The notes under the pieces were generated by a model that worked only from the letters and a program-made list of their open reading frames with translations, did not search any database and was not told where the DNA came from. Below, piece after piece: positions 1-7,729 of a stretch of 56,176 nucleotides of DNA. A program made the translations under genes and the position numbers. The stretch's first letter is position 1; the number at the start of each line of letters is the position of its first letter. Source of the stretch: a virus (taxonomy: Duplodnaviria; Caudoviricetes); IMG/VR virus record IMGVR_UViG_3300036976_000004, positions 1-56,176 of that record. The stretch is one strand, 5' to 3'.

Positions 1-98
1 ATATTTTTATTTTTCCTTTTTATCTTTAATCAATTTGCTACCGTAATAGCCTCCAAAGTAAAATACTACTATTGTAATTACCACATAGAACAACTGAT
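1..98. repeat. Terminal direct overlap with 56079..56176 (circular assembly)
   Basis: 1..98 equals 56079..56176 except T21 vs C56099; the last 77 nt are identical. Confidence 0.95.
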
Positions 99-372
99 CT
101 TTAATTAATTCGAAAATGAATTGAGAATATAAAGGATACCAAGGGTATACACCTACGGCTAATAATATTAAAAATAAGAACACAAGAACAAACGCCAGCG
201 CAATATATCTTCTTGTTAGTGCTCTTGGTGTAGATTCTTGTAAACTCGTCTTAAAATGGCTTACAATCGAATTTTGAATTTCTTCATTCGTTAAGAAAGA
301 TTCATCAACAAACTTACCTACTCCGGTTAATACTTTCATAGGGTTTATTTTAGTTAAATTAATCCCGAACAT
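7..372 (-). CDS. Holin-like membrane protein
   Basis: Two hydrophobic segments, basic C-terminus, ..VFYFGG.. motif; directly after putative endolysin. Confidence 0.6.
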   Translation of the reverse strand: MFGINLTKINPMKVLTGVGKFVDESFLTNEEIQNSIVSHFKTSLQESTPRALTRRYIALAFVLVFLFLILLAVGVYPWYPLYSQFIFELIKDQLFYVVITIVVFYFGGYYGSKLIKDKKEK

Positions 373-820
373 ATTTATTATAGTGTTTTATGAATTCTTC
401 TTCTGTGCCTTTTCCCATGATAGTATTATAAGTTTCTTTCCAGTACTTAGCCAATCCGTTCAAATCCTTCGGTATAGACCCTTTCTGACGTAAATAATGA
501 ACGCGACACATAGCAATTGAGTATTTTAAATTGAATCGTAAATACTCTGCTTTAGTATCATCAATTCCGCATACATCAATTATTTTATCTGCAAGATCAG
601 ATTTGTATTTGAGGTAATTATCCCAAATATCATCATGTGTAAAAGGTTCCATCTGACAAATACCAAGCGCTGGCCCTTTACCCAATTGTTTAATATACTT
701 ACCTCCTGCTGATTCCTGAGCTATTGTGCCTAATACTAATTCCTCTGCCTCTGGTGAATATTTATCAATATCCTGTAATGTCTCCCTTACTAATACCCGT
801 AATTGTTCTTTGTTTATCAT
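359..820 (-). CDS. Putative endolysin (lysozyme/transglycosylase-like)
   Basis: LGTIAQES (catalytic Glu-Ser) and GPALGICQMEP motifs; lysis context. Confidence 0.6.
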   Translation of the reverse strand: MINKEQLRVLVRETLQDIDKYSPEAEELVLGTIAQESAGGKYIKQLGKGPALGICQMEPFTHDDIWDNYLKYKSDLADKIIDVCGIDDTKAEYLRFNLKYSIAMCRVHYLRQKGSIPKDLNGLAKYWKETYNTIMGKGTEEEFIKHYNKYVRD

Positions 821-1140
821 ATTCCTAATTTTGAATGAATACGCTCTACATCTCTGCGTATTTGTTTTTGTTCGTTAACTAATTCAATGGTTTGATCGCT
901 TATTATTTTTATATTCTCACCGTTAACCTTAATCATTTCATCTCTATTTACATCTGATTTATTATTATACTCAATATCTTTAGCTATCTCAACCATTGAT
1001 TCAGTAGCTTTTGATATTTTTTCATAAATATCAGACTGCGAGCTAAATGTTAACCCCATTAGAAGAGTAAATATAGCTAATAACAGAGGTGTTACAATAC
1101 TAGATACAACAGATATCTTATCAGCAGTTTGTTTCGTCAT
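817..1140 (-). CDS. Membrane-anchored coiled-coil protein (lysis module)
   Basis: N-terminal TM then helical soluble domain; coupled to endolysin. Confidence 0.45.
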   Translation of the reverse strand: MTKQTADKISVVSSIVTPLLLAIFTLLMGLTFSSQSDIYEKISKATESMVEIAKDIEYNNKSDVNRDEMIKVNGENIKIISDQTIELVNEQKQIRRDVERIHSKLGI

Positions 1141-1532
1141 GACAAATTATTTTTTAAAAGTGTGTTACCTTTTTCAATTATTACGATTAATATGTACAAG
1201 CAAGTAATAAATAAATAAGGTATACATTTAAATACTTCAGGAAATTGCAGAATAGATAAAGTCCTCAAAAAATCATCCGTCACCACTATACAATAAATAC
1301 TATCTGCTAAATTAAAGATGGTTAAGAATACCCATAAGTAAATTAATGGGTTAATTAACCATCTATAATATTTATTCTCTTTAAATTTATGTTTGTAATT
1401 GAAAAACATTAAAGATATAATAAATGCCGTTATGTGTTCTGATAATATTCTATATTCTTCACTTAGCCCACTATAGAAATTCATGCCGAACAAAGTCCAA
1501 AAAGCAAATATTATAATCCAAATATTCTTCAT
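1137..1532 (-). CDS. Multi-pass membrane protein
   Basis: About 4 hydrophobic segments; start moved to ATG 1532 (MKNIW), just after the upstream stop. Confidence 0.5.
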   Translation of the reverse strand: MKNIWIIIFAFWTLFGMNFYSGLSEEYRILSEHITAFIISLMFFNYKHKFKENKYYRWLINPLIYLWVFLTIFNLADSIYCIVVTDDFLRTLSILQFPEVFKCIPYLFITCLYILIVIIEKGNTLLKNNLS

Positions 1533-1533
1533 G

Positions 1534-1716
1534 TTATAGAATTTGATCCCAAATCCATTTCCAAACTTTTTTAGCGTAATCAGATGGTGTTTCACCTTCT
1601 GCCGGATTACCACCATTTTCATCATACCAATCTACAAGTAAATCATACTCTTCCATTGTCAACTCTGGATTTTTCGAAACCTGTAGTATTAAATTGTGTA
1701 ATTCTTCGAATGTCAT
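1534..1716 (-). CDS. Small acidic hypothetical protein, first gene of lysis operon
   Basis: ORF directly downstream of box-type promoter 1734-1767. Confidence 0.55.
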   Translation of the reverse strand: MTFEELHNLILQVSKNPELTMEEYDLLVDWYDENGGNPAEGETPSDYAKKVWKWIWDQIL

Positions 1717-1733
1717 AATATTTATTTTTTTTA

Positions 1734-1767
1734 CAAAGTTACTAAAATATTTAGAATGGATATAAAT
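1734..1767 (-). promoter_or_regulatory. Late-class promoter: -7 TAACTTTG + 19-bp palindrome (gap 7)
   Basis: caaagtta 1734-1741; atttagaatggatataaat 1749-1767. Confidence 0.75.
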
Positions 1768-1809
1768 TAATTAAAAATGTTGTTGGTAACATAGATTTTA
1801 TTAATTTTA

Positions 1810-1864
1810 CATAACAATAAAGGATAAGGAACGTTTTTTCAATGTTCTTTATCCTTCGTTATGT
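1810..1864 (+). repeat. Empty attC-like hairpin (ACATAAC...GTTATGT), duplicated at 7679-7725
   Basis: Self-complementary cores with arms aaggataaggaac/gttctttatcctt; near-identical copy closes the cassette at 7671-7725; may also act as terminator. Confidence 0.65.
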
Positions 1865-3943
1865 GATTATAGGAGTTACATAATCTAGATCAGCAGCAAT
1901 TACCTTAATTGTTGCTGTATTGTTTATATCTGTTTCTATTTTTTCTATCCAACCAAACTTAGTAGGTGAATATTTAATCAACCCTTTATTTATTGATTCA
2001 TCTCTTAATATAGAGACTTCATCATCATATAAAGGTATACCTTCAGCAATATAATATTCATTTAATATGAATGGATTCTCAAGACTAGATATTAATATAT
2101 CTTCACTCTCTACAATTGGCGATATTTCAGAATTTAGTTGAGTTTTTAAACTACTGTTTTTATCAGATGTCTGCCATTTAATGTATTTAGATTCTTTATA
2201 TTTCAATCCACTTCTTAAGGTTCTACCCTTTCTTAATAAGTTGCGCTTAGGTGTGTATTTCAAATTATAAGAATTAGAACTACCTAAACTGAACTCAACT
2301 AAGCTAAAATCTTCATCAGTTTCAGCAATAAAATTACTCCCATCTCTTAATGTTTTCAAAATAAATATATCATCATCTCCCTTAACATCTTCAGTTGGGT
2401 TATTTATAATAGGTTTCTGCCTTAACAGCATCATACCTCGAGTATCTCCCCTTAACTTAACTATATTATTAAATTCATTGTCAATTACTTTAACTGGTAA
2501 TGAGAATAGAGAACTTATATTATACTCCTCCAAGCCTTGATTAGCTTCATAATCAAATTTATTATACCCTGTTTTCGCTGAATTATAAAAATATTCTGGT
2601 ATAACTTCTCTCTTTATATATCTTTCATCTATTCTATCTGATATATCTAATATAACGTTGTCATTGAAAAAATATCTAATATCCTCGATTACAACCTTAT
2701 CTACACCTCCTATTTTTTCAACACCTAATCCTAAATCGTATATAGAATTCATAGTATCAAATAAATTGTCTAATGAAGTTGCAAAAGATGTTATTTCTAA
2801 TCCTCTTAATTTTTTTCCTATAAATATATTAGCTAATTCCCCATCAGTTGTATATGTAGTTAATGGTGTGTCTGTTCTTCCGAAGAAGTCAGATTTGAAA
2901 GGATTAGAGTTTCCTGTAATTAATTGTGATATCTTTAAAAAGCTTTCGTATATCTGATATGATGTTATGAATAATTGCTTTAACGGGTCAACCTCTTCTG
3001 TTGCTTTTAAGAATCCATCATCTATATTGAATTGATTTACGTCAACACCTGGTTCTGTTAATGTAATTCTTAGTTGTAATTTAAAAGTGTCCCCTGAAGC
3101 AATAGAAGTAGAGAATTCAGAAAAAGAAAAATTAAAGTAATGAGTAATATCATCAGATGTTGATATTATTAAATCATCTGTTTTTACAATTGAAGTATTT
3201 TTATAAAGCCTGTAAGTTCCTGTAATTGTTGATTCATCGCTGAGAACTATATTTCCTTCTATTTCAGTGGTAAATACAATATAACCATCATTAGCAATGC
3301 TATCAATAAATTTACCTGTTGAAAACTCCGTATCTTGAGCGCCTATTATATTAGATTGTGTTAGTTCTAAATCAACGAATGTAGTAAATGTCTGACCAAC
3401 TTGTGTTAAATCTGTGATACTGTTTGCGTCCCAATCAGCAATATTTAATATGAATTGTTCAGGGATTTTCAGACTATTAAATGGTATTGGTGATAATATA
3501 TCACCATCAACAGAAACATTTGATAATAAGTTTACATTTAATTTAGACCTGTTTTTTATTATCTCTTTGAACCCAATTTCAATTACCTGACCTATTACTA
3601 CTTTGTTATCTTCTTTATACGTGGTGAAATCATATTCACCTAAATATATATCATCATAATTCCCTGAATTAAAATTATACTTCTGAATTAAGATAGTAGC
3701 TACACTATCTATACCAGTTGTTTCGTATATAGTTTTTAAATTCTCGTATCCAGCACCCTCATAAAAAGAAAGTTCTACTTTAGAATATTTAGTTGTTATA
3801 CCTTTAAATTTAGAATGCCTTTGTATTACCAGATTCTCTTTATATCCATCAGGAGCCTTATCAAGTTCTATAGCGTTGATAAAGAATCTAAGTTCTTTAA
3901 ATTGATCTTCGTTTAAGGCTCTTAAATCGTCCTGTCTACCCAT
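1859..3943 (-). CDS. Tail tip/baseplate hub-type structural protein
   Basis: 694 aa, beta-rich, under late-class promoter; resembles Bacteroidota siphovirus tail-tip proteins. Confidence 0.55.
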   Translation of the reverse strand: MGRQDDLRALNEDQFKELRFFINAIELDKAPDGYKENLVIQRHSKFKGITTKYSKVELSFYEGAGYENLKTIYETTGIDSVATILIQKYNFNSGNYDDIYLGEYDFTTYKEDNKVVIGQVIEIGFKEIIKNRSKLNVNLLSNVSVDGDILSPIPFNSLKIPEQFILNIADWDANSITDLTQVGQTFTTFVDLELTQSNIIGAQDTEFSTGKFIDSIANDGYIVFTTEIEGNIVLSDESTITGTYRLYKNTSIVKTDDLIISTSDDITHYFNFSFSEFSTSIASGDTFKLQLRITLTEPGVDVNQFNIDDGFLKATEEVDPLKQLFITSYQIYESFLKISQLITGNSNPFKSDFFGRTDTPLTTYTTDGELANIFIGKKLRGLEITSFATSLDNLFDTMNSIYDLGLGVEKIGGVDKVVIEDIRYFFNDNVILDISDRIDERYIKREVIPEYFYNSAKTGYNKFDYEANQGLEEYNISSLFSLPVKVIDNEFNNIVKLRGDTRGMMLLRQKPIINNPTEDVKGDDDIFILKTLRDGSNFIAETDEDFSLVEFSLGSSNSYNLKYTPKRNLLRKGRTLRSGLKYKESKYIKWQTSDKNSSLKTQLNSEISPIVESEDILISSLENPFILNEYYIAEGIPLYDDEVSILRDESINKGLIKYSPTKFGWIEKIETDINNTATIKVIAADLDYVTPIIT

Positions 3944-4002
3944 ATCGCAAAGTTACTTAATTATTTAGAATGTTTATAAATAAATTCTTAACTTTGCGAT
4001 AT
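3942..4002. promoter_or_regulatory. Symmetric bidirectional late promoter
   Basis: atatcgcaaagtta (3942-3955), box 3963-3981, taactttgcgatat (3989-4002); 14-bp perfect inverted repeat. Confidence 0.85.
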
Positions 4003-4014
4003 AAATAGTTTTAT

Positions 4015-5424
4015 ATGAGTTTTGTAAGCAAGATCAAAAGCGGAATAGCTAAATCTTTATTCGGGATAGATGTAGATATAATCAGAAGGGGTGGGATAAG
4101 GTTAGGAGGGTTTAGCTATTCAGGAAGAAATACACCTGTTTGGGATAACATACTAGAGGCAAGCTATCAGATCAATCAGTATGAGCAAAACCCTATCTTA
4201 CATGCTACGCTTAATATTATTGCTGATGCCGCGTCAAATGCTATTTATCAGATAAAAGACTCAAAGACGGGTGATATCATACCGGAATCAGAATACACAG
4301 AAGATCAAAAGAAAGCATTAAATCTATTTACAAAGCCAAACCCTCACCAATCAGGGAAAGAATTTGATAGGCAGTTTTCAATCCAATATAACACGTTTGG
4401 GAAAGGATATCTATACGGCCTTAGTCCTTCATCTTTCACGTTCGATTATAAGAATGTAGAAGTATTAAACACTCTTTATCCTTACAATGTAGCTCCGGTC
4501 TTAACAGGTAATAGAATAACAGCAACAGAATTAAGTGAGATAGTATCAGGCTATGTATATAAGGAAAACGGCAGGGAATTAAAAGAAGTATTACCACCTG
4601 AGCAAGTATTATTACTCAATGAGGCTACAATATCAGAAGATGAGGAATGGTTCACGGGTAAATCTAAATTAATCTCACTGCAAAGGCCGTTGTCTAATAT
4701 TATGGCAGCTTATGAGGCTATTAACGTAACTCTAAAGAATAGAGGTATAGAGGTTATATTTACCCCTAAACCAAGCCCTGAAATTGCAGGCATACCATTT
4801 CAACCTCACGAGAAAGATTCTTTAGAGGCTGAATTAGAATCCTACGGGAATTTAGAAGGGCAAAAACGTTGGATGGTTGGTAGCCTTCCGGTTGACGTCA
4901 CACAGATCACATCTAAAATGCGTGACATGATGCTGTTTGAAACTATAGCCGCTGATGCTATAGCTGTAGCACACGCTTATGGAGTGCCGGAGGTTCTTGT
5001 AAAGATGTATATTCAAGGTGCTACATTCGAGAATCAAGAGATATCAGAGAAAAGATTATACCAAAATACCATCATTCCATTTGTGAACGAAATTACAGAA
5101 TCTAGGAATGAATGGTTGAAGATAAAAGAATCAGGCTTTGAAGTTGTATCGAGTTTTGACCATATTCCTGTATTGCAGAAAGACAAATTAAAAGAAGCTC
5201 AAGCAGACGATAAGAAAGCAAGAAAGAACATTGAACTATTCAAAGCGGGTTTGGTGAAAGGGAATGTAGTGATAACATCTCAGGGATTACCAGAGGATGA
5301 CCAAATAGGAGATAAGTATATTTGGGAATTAGACGACAGACAAATATTCATCATACTAGGAAGAGAATCGAAAGAAGACCCACAAGAAAATAATAATCAA
5401 AATAATAACGATGGCACAAGTTAA
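4015..5424 (+). CDS. Portal protein (HK97 family)
   Basis: 469 aa; LFTKPNPHQS, YNTFGKGY, GKSKL, AVAHAYGVP and ATFENQE motifs. Confidence 0.88.
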   Translation: MSFVSKIKSGIAKSLFGIDVDIIRRGGIRLGGFSYSGRNTPVWDNILEASYQINQYEQNPILHATLNIIADAASNAIYQIKDSKTGDIIPESEYTEDQKKALNLFTKPNPHQSGKEFDRQFSIQYNTFGKGYLYGLSPSSFTFDYKNVEVLNTLYPYNVAPVLTGNRITATELSEIVSGYVYKENGRELKEVLPPEQVLLLNEATISEDEEWFTGKSKLISLQRPLSNIMAAYEAINVTLKNRGIEVIFTPKPSPEIAGIPFQPHEKDSLEAELESYGNLEGQKRWMVGSLPVDVTQITSKMRDMMLFETIAADAIAVAHAYGVPEVLVKMYIQGATFENQEISEKRLYQNTIIPFVNEITESRNEWLKIKESGFEVVSSFDHIPVLQKDKLKEAQADDKKARKNIELFKAGLVKGNVVITSQGLPEDDQIGDKYIWELDDRQIFIILGRESKEDPQENNNQNNNDGTS

Positions 5425-6112
5425 ATTTTATCAAGATACAGACGGTGTTTGGATTTACACTGATGGCAATACTGACGCTGAAAAATCAGCTAAAGGTAAT
5501 TATCGAAGGGTAATTAATGGAACTAAGATAAGCATTTTAGGAGAATCAAGCACTTTCGATTTATTTCGTGATGTTGAAGTCACGGATATTCAGAAATCAG
5601 GCACACCAGATGACAACTACGCAGATGTTGCGGCATTTAAAACAGCTACGACAGATTTTTTTCTTAAAGCCCTCGGTGCAAATGGATTGTATCACGGGGG
5701 CATGGCGTTGAATGATAATCCTGTAGTAAATTTAGGAGGGATTGATAATTATACTAAAATACCAGGAGATTGGGTTGCGTACCATTCTAAAGGGTTTACA
5801 GTAGATAATGTATTAGATAGGATTATTTATTCAGGTGTTGATAATGTGGACTTTTTATTCAATGGTAGTTCAGATGTTTTATCAGATAAAAATGCAACAA
5901 TCACATATGGACTATATAAGAACGGAGTGTTAATACCAGGTGCTGAAACGCCGCATGATTTCGGTACAGCTAACGCAGTTGAACATATTGGTATAACAGC
6001 TATTGTCACTTTAAATAAGAATGATTATTTGGAAATATGGGCTAAATCATCTACAAACGACACAACTATCACTCCTAAGTCATTAAGTATAACATTTTGG
6101 GGTAGCAGGTAA
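5411..6112 (+). CDS. Virion appendage/decoration protein with C-terminal C1q/BclA-like beta-sandwich
   Basis: Overlaps portal stop; YGLYKNG...VTLNKNDYLEIW pattern; internal slippery site. Confidence 0.5.
   Translation: MAQVKFYQDTDGVWIYTDGNTDAEKSAKGNYRRVINGTKISILGESSTFDLFRDVEVTDIQKSGTPDDNYADVAAFKTATTDFFLKALGANGLYHGGMALNDNPVVNLGGIDNYTKIPGDWVAYHSKGFTVDNVLDRIIYSGVDNVDFLFNGSSDVLSDKNATITYGLYKNGVLIPGAETPHDFGTANAVEHIGITAIVTLNKNDYLEIWAKSSTNDTTITPKSLSITFWGSR
5656..5701 (+). other. Candidate -1 ribosomal frameshift signal
   Basis: In-phase T TTT TTT at 5656-5662, GC-rich hairpin 5669-5701, -1 frame stop at 5665-5667. Confidence 0.55.
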
Positions 6113-6132
6113 AATAAGACTAACATATTATT

Positions 6133-6160
6133 AAACCACTCTTTAACCGGGGTGGTTTTC
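6133..6160 (+). terminator. Intrinsic terminator
   Basis: aaaccactc..ggggtggtttt hairpin after 6112. Confidence 0.65.
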
Positions 6161-6252
6161 TTATATATAATCAATATAAATTAATTTATTCGTTGTATTT
6201 GTTTATATTATTAGTAATTTTACACTATGTTATAATTTTTAAAATTACAGGT

Positions 6253-6462
6253 ATGACAGATTTAGAAAAGTTTATTGAAACTTATAAACAGTTTGGGATA
6301 GAAATAAAAACACATAACGATGGTGATAAGATTAGAGTTGATTTAAATGGATGCGAAGAATATTCTACTATTAGCGAAAAGTTTGGTGGTTATGTTGGAT
6401 TTTATTCTGACCTTGAATTTACAAAAGATGGTAAATTTGTAAGGCAAGGGTTTTATGAATAA
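6253..6462 (+). CDS. Hypothetical protein
   Basis: ATG 6253 after canonical -33/-7-like promoter; upstream TTG extension unlikely. Confidence 0.6.
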   Translation: MTDLEKFIETYKQFGIEIKTHNDGDKIRVDLNGCEEYSTISEKFGGYVGFYSDLEFTKDGKFVRQGFYE

Positions 6463-6500
6463 TTTTAGTGAGAAGAATTTAATTTTATAAAAACTAAAAT

Positions 6501-6737
6501 ATGAAAAAGATATTTATTTTATTCCAATTATTTATAGTTATAGTATTAGTTATACTGACTATATCAACAGGTGGATACATGTCTTATTTAATTATTAAAT
6601 GGGTTATAACGCTAAACAATCTTGGTATAGAGATTTATATACTTATTTAGTTAGGTGGTTTATTGATCATTACAGCTATATGGCTTCTTGCAATTATGCT
6701 GATTAAATCATGTCTAGGTGAAGATATAACAGGTTAA
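6501..6737 (+). pseudogene. Small membrane protein interrupted by in-frame TAG (6648-6650)
   Basis: A-rich leader; hydrophobic frame continues past the TAG to TAA at 6735-6737. Confidence 0.5.
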
Positions 6738-6898
6738 ACAACGAATTGGTGTATGCGGAGGCTGAGGAACGAAGCTTACGTACGACACCGTGTTAGTAGC
6801 TGGCGGCTATTTACCCACCACCGCCCGAACGAAGCGCTAAAAAAAGAAAAGCGAAGCGTGGGGAGAAAGAATTTTATTAATAACTAAATATTTGAATT

Positions 6899-7573
6899 AT
6901 GCCTAATAACATTAAAAACAGATTAGAGATTATTGGAACTGAAAAGCAAGTAAATGAAGTATTGGACTTTTTACGTGGTGAACCATCTGAGGAGGGGTTC
7001 GAAATGTTTATTGACTTTGGTAAAATTATCCCAATGCCTGAGAGCTTAAATATTAGTAGAAATAGTTGGGTTATGCCATTGGAAAATCAATTCTCTGCTA
7101 ATATCAAAATGAAAGCTCACATTGATGAGATTAAGGAATTCTGCGAAAAGAACCCAAGCCGTAAAGAGCAAACTATTAACAACTTTATTGCTGGTATTAA
7201 AAATTACATTGAGTACGGACACGCAACTTGGTATAATTGGTCTGTAGCCAATTGGGGAACTAAATTGAATGCCTACCAACAAGAAAAGCAAGAAAGCAAT
7301 GCGATAATGTTTGAAACTGCTTGGGCTGGCGTACCTGATTTGATAAACAAACTAAGTGTAAAGTTTCCAGAAGTTTCATTTACCTACAAATGGAGCGATG
7401 AAGATACAGGTTATAATTGCGGAATTGGCTCATATAAAAATGGAGAATTAGAAATTAATTGTCCAGAGAATTGTAGCCGTGAAGCCTACGAGTTGGCATT
7501 TGAGCTTAGACCACATTACAAAGAGGATTACAAACTTGTTGGTGATACTTACGAGTGCATTGACGAGGACTAA
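6899..7573 (+). CDS. DUF1281/YubB ferredoxin-like family protein (cassette cargo)
   Basis: MPN..N.L start, IIPMPESL, WYNWSVANWGTK and FETAW motifs. Confidence 0.7.
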   Translation: MPNNIKNRLEIIGTEKQVNEVLDFLRGEPSEEGFEMFIDFGKIIPMPESLNISRNSWVMPLENQFSANIKMKAHIDEIKEFCEKNPSRKEQTINNFIAGIKNYIEYGHATWYNWSVANWGTKLNAYQQEKQESNAIMFETAWAGVPDLINKLSVKFPEVSFTYKWSDEDTGYNCGIGSYKNGELEINCPENCSREAYELAFELRPHYKEDYKLVGDTYECIDED

Positions 7574-7629
7574 CCCTCAATGGCTGCGATAGCAGACAAA
7601 GCGGGCGGGGCTTTTCTTTTTTCTTGTTT
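7571..7629 (+). repeat. ~58-bp GC-rich 3-prime element shared with rtcB (23620-23677, minus strand)
   Basis: taaccct(c)aatggctgcgatagcagacaaagcgggcggggcttttcttttttcttgttt; identical except a 1-nt indel. Confidence 0.9.
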
Positions 7630-7729
7630 CAATTAAGCAGAAACTTAAATACGAGAACCGAACCCCGCTTGCTACTAAATAAAGGATAAGGAACGTTTTT
7701 TAATGTTGCTTATCCTTCGTTATGTAATG

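Larger units (their letters stand above)
6738..7725 (+). mobile_element. Integron-like cassette locus A (one cassette)
   Basis: attC-like hairpin 6738-6800 ending GTTAGTAGC; complementary GCTACTAA at 7671-7678; closing hairpin 7679-7725 ending GTTATGT. Confidence 0.7.

Noticed and set aside
1-98. Biological direct terminal repeat
   Set aside because: Cuts through the holin gene end and has a 77-nt exact core typical of assembler overlap
6648-6650. Stop-codon reassignment (in-frame TAG here, TAA at 37437)
   Set aside because: Long genes are intact under code 11, TAG ends several genes, no suppressor tRNA is present, and the two cases use different codons
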